NCBI GenBank assembly: GCA_964437675.1
Contig: CAYTHW010000003.1
Location: forward strand, 2,836-52,904
Length of the DNA: 50,069 nucleotides
Source: an uncultured Atopococcus sp.
Lineage (GTDB): Bacteria; Bacillota; Bacilli; Lactobacillales; Carnobacteriaceae_A
Reading direction: 5' to 3'
Position 1 is the first letter of the stretch. Every line of letters starts with the position of its first letter. Position numbers and translations under genes: made by a program. Shown in pieces: positions 1-6,491 of this stretch. Below the pieces are notes generated by a model. The model was not told the origin of the DNA. It saw only the letters and a program-made list of their open reading frames with translations, and searched no databases.

Positions 1-30
1 GCAAAAAGCCGTGCTTTGACGGCTTTTTGC
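1..30. terminator. Rho-independent terminator-like hairpin at the window edge, probably serving the gene upstream of the window
   Basis: Perfect 11-bp inverted repeat GCAAAAAGCCG (1-11) / CGGCTTTTTGC (20-30) with an 8-nt loop. The GC core has an A-run on one side and a T-run on the other, so it could act in either direction. Confidence 0.6.
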
Positions 31-85
31 ATTTATAATTTTTCCGTATTAAAATTAAAGAAAAAATCAATTCAGGAGGCACATC

Positions 86-493
86 ATGATAAACGTTTAT
101 ACGGATGCAGCGGTCAAAGGCAATCCCGGCCCAGCTGGTATCGGCATCGTTATTTCAGGTCCAGAGATTTATGAGCAGATTGCACGGCCGCTGGAGGGTA
201 AATGGGATACTCACCGCACGGAATTTGAAGCGATCCTCCAGGCCATGCAGTGGCTGGTCGATCACCAGCTGACCGACCGGCTGGTATTTATCCATTCCGA
301 CAGTAAGACAGCCGTCGATATTCTACATAAAGGAAGCACTAAAAATAAAAACTTCCAACCCTACTTGGAAGAAATTTACGACCTGGAAAAAGCCTTTAAT
401 TATATCACGATCGACTGGCAGAGCCGGCGCCAAAATCGAGGGGCTGATCATCTGGCCAGACAAGGGCTGCAAAAAGCATTAAAAAACAAGTAA
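86..493 (+). CDS. Small stand-alone RNase HI-family (RNase H-like / RVT_3-type) protein
   Basis: 135 aa. The N-terminus VYTDAAVKGNPGPAGIG, then TEFEAIL, IHSDSK and RGADHLA resemble the D-E-D-D carboxylate motifs of RNase HI-like proteins. AGGAGG lies 7 nt upstream of the ATG. Confidence 0.75.
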   Translation: MINVYTDAAVKGNPGPAGIGIVISGPEIYEQIARPLEGKWDTHRTEFEAILQAMQWLVDHQLTDRLVFIHSDSKTAVDILHKGSTKNKNFQPYLEEIYDLEKAFNYITIDWQSRRQNRGADHLARQGLQKALKNK

Positions 494-496
494 AAA

Positions 497-520
497 AATC
501 GCATACCGGAGTATGCGATT
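497..520 (-). terminator. Intrinsic terminator of the first oxidase gene (530..1705)
   Basis: Hairpin AATCGCATAC-CGGA-GTATGCGATT. On the minus-strand RNA it is followed directly by a U7 run (complement of A-run 491-497). Confidence 0.7.
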
Positions 521-529
521 CGAGGCTTT

Positions 530-1705
530 TTAGAAGTGTGAGGATCCTCTCTCAGAAAAGAGATAGTTTAAGGCTTCACGCTTGGCTGAAAAACTTGAAA
601 TATCGATATCTGACTCACCATCAACAGCCAGCTGGGCCAGAATCTCACCAATAGCAGCGGAATGTTTGAAGCCGTGGCCTGAGAAGCCGGCTGCAAGAAA
701 GACATGATCGTGCTGCGGATGCTGGTCGATGACAAAATCTTCGTCACCGGTATTAGTAAACATGCACACTGCTCCTTTATTCAAATTCCCAGTAGCATTC
801 GGCATATGTTCATTCAAGAAGTCACGGAGATCCGTCTCGTCATGGGAGTAGCCGTTAAAATCCCACTCCATATATTCCGGTTCAACATTCCCGACATCAT
901 AAAATTTGCCGATTTTGACGCCGGTTCCCAGAACACTCGGGAAACCGTAATAGACACCGTGATGCGTTTCCCCGAAGAAGCCTGGAAAGACATCTGCTCC
1001 ATAATGTGTCTCATCTGCATCAAACCAGCCGATGGTCCGGCGCGACGGTTCCAGCTTAATATTCAAGCCCATCTTGTCAAACAGCTTATTGTTGTAAGCA
1101 CCTGCTGCTACGATGACTTGATCAGCTGTATAAGCATCCTTGTTGGTCTTGATTAATACAGAGTCATCCATAATCGTGATATCTTCCACCGGCTCATGGA
1201 CCTTCAACTCCGCCCCTTCCTTCAAAGCTAAACGCTTAAATGTACGGATAATATTTTCAGGAAAGAGTATACCTGCATGCGGCTCATAGACGCCGTGGAT
1301 GTCATCCGCAAAGTCCAGGTCAGGCCATCTTTCATGAAAACTTGAACCATTTTCAAAATACTCATGTTCAATATCATATTTTTGAGCACCTTCAAGAGTG
1401 CGTTCGACGAACTTGGAATCCGGCTGGCCGAATGAAATCACGCCAGATTCCATAAAAATAGGATTGTTTGTCTTTGCCTGTAAGTGATCCCAGATTTTCT
1501 GCGAGCGGAGGGCTAAAGGTACATACTGAACACCTTCTCCATTCGCATGCCGCATGATGCGCGTATCTCCATGATGACTACCAAAGGTGTGCGGGGGGTT
1601 GAAAGCATCAATCATGAGAATCTTTTGCCCTTTGTCAGCCAGGAAATACCCTGCAGACATCCCTATGGCTCCTGCTCCAACGACGATAACGTCATAATTA
1701 GTCAT
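530..1705 (-). CDS. FAD-dependent amine oxidase, monomeric sarcosine oxidase / N-methyltryptophan oxidase (MSOX/SolA) family, paralog A
   Basis: 391 aa. It has the N-terminal dinucleotide fold DVIVVGAGAIGMSAGY and the family signature DAFNPPHTFGSHHGDTRIMRHA. GAVCMFTNTGDEDFVIDQHP contains the Cys that carries covalent FAD in MSOX, and AAGFSGHGFK is also present. AAGGAGAG RBS. Confidence 0.9.
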   Translation of the reverse strand: MTNYDVIVVGAGAIGMSAGYFLADKGQKILMIDAFNPPHTFGSHHGDTRIMRHANGEGVQYVPLALRSQKIWDHLQAKTNNPIFMESGVISFGQPDSKFVERTLEGAQKYDIEHEYFENGSSFHERWPDLDFADDIHGVYEPHAGILFPENIIRTFKRLALKEGAELKVHEPVEDITIMDDSVLIKTNKDAYTADQVIVAAGAYNNKLFDKMGLNIKLEPSRRTIGWFDADETHYGADVFPGFFGETHHGVYYGFPSVLGTGVKIGKFYDVGNVEPEYMEWDFNGYSHDETDLRDFLNEHMPNATGNLNKGAVCMFTNTGDEDFVIDQHPQHDHVFLAAGFSGHGFKHSAAIGEILAQLAVDGESDIDISSFSAKREALNYLFSERGSSHF

Positions 1706-1804
1706 ACAACTCTCCTTTTGAATGGCTGTTATTTTCCTATATTTTTACGATAATGAAAAGTGAGCAGCGTTTCAAATCATATCCCTTATTTTTTATTAGT
1801 AATG

Positions 1805-1832
1805 AAAAAGCCGCATAACGAAGTATGCGACT
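1805..1832 (-). terminator. Intrinsic terminator of the second oxidase gene (1864..3054)
   Basis: Hairpin GCCGCATA-ACGAAG-TATGCGAC followed on the minus strand by a U-run. The sequence is clearly homologous to the terminator at 497-520. Confidence 0.7.
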
Positions 1833-1863
1833 CGAAGATTTTTTACAAAGATAATAAATTCTT

Positions 1864-3054
1864 TTAATCGTAACTGAAGTGATCGGATCCCATAGTTTCG
1901 GAGAACAGGTGGTTCAAGGCTTCTCTTTCAATTGAGAAACTGGAAATATCGAAGTCGGTTTCGCCTTTTTGTGCTAAATCTGCCAGAATCCGCCCGATTG
2001 CCGGCGAGAATTTAAAGCCGTGGCCTGAAAAACCTGCCCCTATGATGACATGGTCATGTTCAGGGTGCTGGTCCAGGATGAAGTTTTCATCGGAAGTATT
2101 GGTGAACATACAGACCGCACCTCTGTTAAATCTTTTATTGGCTTTCGGCATGTATTCATCCAGGAATTTCTCTAAATCTGTCTGGTCATGTTCATAGGCA
2201 CCAAACTCTTTAATGATGAATTCAGGTTCGTAGTGGCCCATATCGAAGTAGCGGCCGACTTTGACTCCTTCACCATTGATGCTCGGAAAACCATAATAAA
2301 TTCCTACCTCGGTATCTCCGAAAAAGCCCGGGAAGACATCGGCTTTGTAGTAATGCTCATCAGAGTAGAACCAGCCGACTGTCCGGCGGGTAGGTTCTAA
2401 CTTCACCTGCTCCAGACCAATCTGGGAAAATATTTTATTACTATAGGCACCTGCTGTCACGATCAGCTTGTCGGCAGTGAAAGACATCGAACTGGTTGTC
2501 ACTTCGACATCATTTTCATTGATCTGGATCTCCATCACAGGTGAGTTGACGACTAATTCCGCACCGAGAGTTGTTGCTTTATCACGGATGTTACGCAGAA
2601 TATTTTCTGGGAATACGACTCCTGCATCCGGTTCTAAGAGTCCGATATAGTCTTCAGGGACTTGAAAGTCCGGCCAGCGTTCAGTCAATTCTATTCCATT
2701 TTCAAAATATTCATAATCGATGCCATATTCATCGGCTCCTCTTTTCGCATTCGCTACAAATTTTGATTTAGGACCTCCAAAAGAAATTACGCCTGTTTTC
2801 AAGAAAATATGCTCATGTGTTTCAGCCTGCAGTTCATTCCATACGTTGAAGGCGTATTTTGCTAAGGGCACATACTGTAAACCCTCTCCAATCGCCTGCC
2901 GTGTGATACGTGTTTCTCCATGATGACTGCCGAATTGGTGTGGTGGATTAAATGCATCGATCATCAGTACTTTGGCTCCGTCTTTTGCCAGATTGTAACC
3001 AGTGAATAAACCCATCGTTCCAGCACCTACTATAACTACATCGTATTGAGACAT
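1864..3054 (-). CDS. FAD-dependent amine oxidase, MSOX/SolA family, paralog B
   Basis: It carries the same signatures as paralog A (DVVIVGAGTMG, DAFNPPHQFGSHHGETRITRQA, GAVCMFTNTSDENFILDQHP, GAGFSGHGFK). By eye it is roughly 55-60% identical to A. The track start GTG 3063 lies inside the RBS GAGGGAGTG. ATG at 3054 (MSQYD...) has 8-nt spacing and is preferred. Confidence 0.9.
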   Translation of the reverse strand: MSQYDVVIVGAGTMGLFTGYNLAKDGAKVLMIDAFNPPHQFGSHHGETRITRQAIGEGLQYVPLAKYAFNVWNELQAETHEHIFLKTGVISFGGPKSKFVANAKRGADEYGIDYEYFENGIELTERWPDFQVPEDYIGLLEPDAGVVFPENILRNIRDKATTLGAELVVNSPVMEIQINENDVEVTTSSMSFTADKLIVTAGAYSNKIFSQIGLEQVKLEPTRRTVGWFYSDEHYYKADVFPGFFGDTEVGIYYGFPSINGEGVKVGRYFDMGHYEPEFIIKEFGAYEHDQTDLEKFLDEYMPKANKRFNRGAVCMFTNTSDENFILDQHPEHDHVIIGAGFSGHGFKFSPAIGRILADLAQKGETDFDISSFSIEREALNHLFSETMGSDHFSYD

Positions 3055-3136
3055 ATTCGCCACTCCCTCTCTTTGTTACTTTCATCATATCTTACTAATA
3101 ATTATCATCGCAAGGATTTGGCCTGACTTTTCAATT

Positions 3137-3175
3137 AAAAAACTCTATTTATCTGCCTCAAGCGGATAAATAGAG
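3137..3175 (-). terminator. Intrinsic terminator downstream of ypsC
   Basis: 11-bp stem CTCTATTTATC / GATAAATAGAG with an 11-nt loop, followed on the minus strand by a U6 run. Confidence 0.75.
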
Positions 3176-3181
3176 TTCTCT

Positions 3182-4306
3182 TTATTTTTTAGCCCAGAAC
3201 TGGAAATAATCGGTTCGCAGGCGGCCGTTATAAAGTTTTCTTCTTTTGGTTGCTTTTTCACCGTAGTAACGTTCGAAATCTAAGTTACTCGTTAAAATAT
3301 ATTTACTCCACGTTTCAAGCGGGCGGAAAACCTCGCCCATCTGGCGGTATAATTCATGGACTCTCTCGTCGTCATCCAGCCGCTCTCCATAAGGCGGGTT
3401 GGCGATCATGACACCATGTTCCTTGGTCGTCGTGAAGTCGGACAACTGCATCTGCTTGAATTTGACACTCTGCATCAGGCCGGCACCGCGGGCATTCGTT
3501 ATCGCTCTTTCTATCATGCGGTGGTCGATATCTGTTCCCGTGATATCGAGTTCGATATCATAATCCGCCAAATCGTCGGCTTCTTCCTTGACCAATTCCA
3601 GGGTGCTCTGTTCAAAAAACGGCCAAGTTTCGAACAGGAATTCGCGGTTGTAGCCTGGGGCGATATTATGACCGATCAGCGCTGCTTCGATGGGAATCGT
3701 CCCTGACCCGCACACCGGATCATGCAGAGGCATATCCGGCTTCCAATTGGTCAATAAGATTAAGGCAGCGGCCATATTCTCCTTAATCGGAGCGTCCCCT
3801 GCTTCTGTACGGTAGCCTCTTTTGAATAGACTCGGTCCTGTCGTATCCATCGTCACAAGAACTTTGTCTTTGCGGATGGCTACTTCGAGAGGAAACTGAG
3901 CTCCCGTTTCAGGCAGGAAACCCTGCTTGTGATAGACATCTTTTAATTTATCCACGACTGCTTTTTTGGAGATGGACTGGATGTCGGAGACACTGTACAA
4001 GGCCGATTCATGCGAACGGGCACGGACTGGAAATTCAGCATTCAGAGGCAGGTACTCTTCCCAGTCTAAGGGATAAATCTGGTCATAGAGAGACTCGAAA
4101 CTCTTAGCTTCAAATTCGGCAATATTAATTTTAATCCGGTCGGCTGTTCTTAACCAATAATTGGTTCTGGCAATGTCATAGTCTGTTCCTTCAAAACGCA
4201 CACGTCCATTTTCAACGTTGGCCTCGTAGCCCAGGCGGCTTAATTCCTCGCCTACTATTCCCTCGATACCACTGGCACAAGTTGCTATTAATTGGTGTTT
4301 ACGCAT
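3182..4306 (-). CDS. ypsC: THUMP-domain class I SAM-dependent RNA (or N6-adenine-type) methyltransferase, YpsC/RlmL-like
   Basis: 374 aa. It has an N-terminal THUMP-like region, the SAM site DPVCGSGTIPIEAA and the catalytic ANPPYGERL motif. Its position next to rnpB and gpsB matches B. subtilis ypsC. Strong RBS AAAGGAGGG. Confidence 0.9.
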   Translation of the reverse strand: MRKHQLIATCASGIEGIVGEELSRLGYEANVENGRVRFEGTDYDIARTNYWLRTADRIKINIAEFEAKSFESLYDQIYPLDWEEYLPLNAEFPVRARSHESALYSVSDIQSISKKAVVDKLKDVYHKQGFLPETGAQFPLEVAIRKDKVLVTMDTTGPSLFKRGYRTEAGDAPIKENMAAALILLTNWKPDMPLHDPVCGSGTIPIEAALIGHNIAPGYNREFLFETWPFFEQSTLELVKEEADDLADYDIELDITGTDIDHRMIERAITNARGAGLMQSVKFKQMQLSDFTTTKEHGVMIANPPYGERLDDDERVHELYRQMGEVFRPLETWSKYILTSNLDFERYYGEKATKRRKLYNGRLRTDYFQFWAKK

Positions 4307-4348
4307 ATCTCATCACCCTCCTTTAATTATTTAAATATTGATTTGTAT

Positions 4349-4373
4349 AAAAAAACCCTCCAACAAGGGAGGG
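4349..4373 (-). terminator. Intrinsic terminator immediately 3' of rnpB
   Basis: On the minus strand the sequence is ACCCTCCCTTGTTGGAGGGTTTTTTT. The stem is CCCTCC/GGAGGG with a 5-nt loop, followed by a U7 run. Confidence 0.85.
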
Positions 4374-4377
4374 TATA

Positions 4378-4763
4378 AGTCTGTAAATTACTGTAAGCCA
4401 TGTTTTGTCGTAAAGAATATCTTATTCTCCGTGATAATCATCTGTCTGTAAATGATTCTTCATTTACCTTTTCTCTTGTTCATTTCCAATTGAAAAGTGC
4501 CCCTACCAAAAGTTTGGGTTTCTCGCTCGAGGGGTTTACCGCGTTCCATTAAACCCGTTTCCGAGTTTACTTCGTTTCTGTGGTACTTTATAGTCTACTC
4601 AAGCCTAGCCGCAGCCTTAGCTTTTTTAACCGCCGTCCTCTTTCATAAGAGACCTCTGCTTATTGTTTTGCAGAGCACGAACACTACAGACATCTCAGTC
4701 TGTGCGAGCATGGACTTTCCTCTACTTAAACTAATAAGCAGCGATTATCCGTAATTTACAACC
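4378..4763 (-). ncRNA. rnpB: RNase P RNA, type B (Bacillus-type)
   Basis: The minus strand contains the universally conserved GAGGAAAGUCCAUGCUCGCACAG (P4 5' strand, complement of about 4703-4725). It also contains ACAAAACAUGGCUUACAG (P4 3' strand, complement of about 4385-4402). P1 pairing is UGUAAAUUAC (5') with GUAAUUUACA (3'). The length of about 385 nt and the position between gpsB and ypsC match B. subtilis. Confidence 0.92.
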
Positions 4764-4770
4764 ATTTTAT

Positions 4771-4799
4771 ATTATAGTATATCCCAGGCTTTTTGTAAA
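4771..4799 (-). promoter_or_regulatory. Sigma-A-type promoter of rnpB
   Basis: On the minus strand: -35 TTTACA (4794-4799), a 17-nt spacer, then consensus -10 TATAAT (4771-4776). This places the TSS about 7 nt downstream, at the predicted P1 5' end. Confidence 0.6.
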
Positions 4800-4802
4800 G
4801 AC

Positions 4803-5138
4803 CTATTGGTTATTTAATTTAGAACCAAAGACATGGCGTTCTAAGTTGGATAAACGTTTTAAGATATCGAAATTAGTGACCTGGGCTGCATCCTCGGAGA
4901 CAGGTACTGCCGGAGCATCGCTGACTTCCTCGACAACCTGGACCGTCTCTTGTTTTCCATCCAATTGTTCTTCTAATTCCTGCACACGGTCACGCAGTTC
5001 ATTAATTTCTGTAATAAAACGATCATAATCACGGATGATGATATCTAAATATTCATCAACTTCAGTTGGGTTATAGCCCCTCATACTTAAATTAAAGTCT
5101 TTCTCCACAATTTCTTTAGGAGTTAATTCTTGATCCAT
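4803..5138 (-). CDS. gpsB: Cell-cycle / divisome protein GpsB (DivIVA-domain)
   Basis: 111 aa. The N-terminal LTPKEIVEKDFNLSMRGYNPTEVDEYLDIIIRDYDRF is the canonical GpsB/DivIVA lipid-binding-domain signature. A coiled coil follows, and synteny with ypsA and rnpB fits. Confidence 0.93.
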   Translation of the reverse strand: MDQELTPKEIVEKDFNLSMRGYNPTEVDEYLDIIIRDYDRFITEINELRDRVQELEEQLDGKQETVQVVEEVSDAPAVPVSEDAAQVTNFDILKRLSNLERHVFGSKLNNQ

Positions 5139-5210
5139 TTGCTCTCACACCTTTTTATTTATTTCATTACTCATTATAACAAATTAAAAGACAAAACTAA
5201 ATACTATCCT

Positions 5211-5774
5211 TCAGTAATCCCCTTGATTCTTCAAGTTTTCCTGCTCAACTGTATCTTGCAGGTCAAACATTGTGATCAATTCCAATTCATAGTCTTGCGT
5301 TTCCTGCCGCTTTAAGATGAGGTCCAGATCATATTGACTCTTGCCCGGATATTCTCTGTCATACAATAAAAGTGCCTTTTGGGTATGTTCGATCATGAAG
5401 ACTTGGTGGGCCTGCAGCTGACTCGGGTTTTGATAGCTGTCTTTCGAGGTATGGGCAACAAAGTCTGCTGCCTGCGTCACCGACAGCAACAGGCCTTGGT
5501 TTTTTTCATTCCACTGATTCCCGAAGTCCTGGTAAGGAAGAATAACTGCCAATTGGAGGCCAGGATACTCTTCTTTTAATTCCATCACCACCTGCCCTGC
5601 CCATAACTCAGTCCCCAGCTGGCCGCCGATCAGCACCCATTCCAGTCCCCGGTCTAAATCTTGGATGAGCCGTTCTTTAATCGCCAGTTTGATGAAGGTA
5701 ACTTTGGGGTCATCATCTGCAAACACACCTAACTCATAAGAGCGGTAACCAGAAATATAAAGATTTCTTAACAA
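5211..5774 (-). CDS. ypsA: YpsA-family SLOG-domain protein (DUF1273)
   Basis: 187 aa. LYISGYRSYELGVFADDDPKV ... GLEWVLIGGQLGTELWAGQVV match the YpsA family, and it is adjacent to gpsB as in B. subtilis. Confidence 0.88.
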   Translation of the reverse strand: MLRNLYISGYRSYELGVFADDDPKVTFIKLAIKERLIQDLDRGLEWVLIGGQLGTELWAGQVVMELKEEYPGLQLAVILPYQDFGNQWNEKNQGLLLSVTQAADFVAHTSKDSYQNPSQLQAHQVFMIEHTQKALLLYDREYPGKSQYDLDLILKRQETQDYELELITMFDLQDTVEQENLKNQGDY

Positions 5775-5807
5775 TCCTACCTATCCTTTCTCTTCAGAGC
5801 TTATATT

Positions 5808-5816
5808 TGATATAAT
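5808..5816 (+). promoter_or_regulatory. Extended -10 promoter element upstream of recU-ponA
   Basis: TGATATAAT (TG-n-TATAAT) lies 24 nt upstream of the recU ATG. The -35 region is weak. Confidence 0.45.
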
Positions 5817-5839
5817 AATGAGGTTAAGGAGAGAAAAAA

Positions 5840-6454
5840 ATGCCAATAAACTATCCGAATGGCCGACCTTTCCCGCATTTTCATTCTAACAAACCTCAAA
5901 AGAAAAAAGAAATTAGTTATGGAAACCGCGGCATGTCATTAGAAAGTGACCTTAGTCATTCTAATGAATACTACCGGTCGAGAAAAATTGCCGTTATTCA
6001 TAAGAAACCAACACCTGTGCAGATAGTGAAAGTGAACTATCCTAAACGTAGTGCTGCTAAAATCACGGAAGCTTATTATCAAAAAGCTTCTACAACAGAC
6101 TATAATGGTATTTATAAGGGTTATTATATCGATTTTGAAGCCAAAGAAACGCGGAATAAGACCAGCTTTCCTTTAAAAAACTTTCATGCCCACCAAATAG
6201 AGCACCTCAAGGACTGCCACGAACAGGGAGGAATCTGTTTTTCTATTTTGAGTTTCAGCAGGTTAAATCGGATCTTTGTCCTTGATGCAGAGCAATTATG
6301 CTATTACTGGAACAATCAATTCGAGGAAAAAGGCGCAAAATCCATTCCCTTAGCAGAAATTGAAAAGAATGCCATAGAAATCCATTATGGATTTGCACCC
6401 CGTATCCCTTATTTAGATGCGGTCGATGATATGATCCATCGCAGAATAAAGTAG
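5840..6454 (+). CDS. recU: Holliday junction resolvase RecU
   Basis: 204 aa. GNRGMSLESDLSHSNEYYRSRKIAVIHKKPTPVQIVKV and YIDFEAKET match RecU. It sits directly upstream of ponA, as is typical of Firmicutes. Confidence 0.95.
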   Translation: MPINYPNGRPFPHFHSNKPQKKKEISYGNRGMSLESDLSHSNEYYRSRKIAVIHKKPTPVQIVKVNYPKRSAAKITEAYYQKASTTDYNGIYKGYYIDFEAKETRNKTSFPLKNFHAHQIEHLKDCHEQGGICFSILSFSRLNRIFVLDAEQLCYYWNNQFEEKGAKSIPLAEIEKNAIEIHYGFAPRIPYLDAVDDMIHRRIK

Positions 6455-6491
6455 TATAAGTATATGTTATGGATGAAAAGGAGTAAAAGTC

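Noticed and set aside
4497-4754. 85-aa + strand ORF in the gpsB-ypsC intergenic region
   Set aside because: It lies entirely within, and antisense to, the RNase P RNA gene. It has no RBS and its composition is not protein-like, so the region is explained by rnpB.
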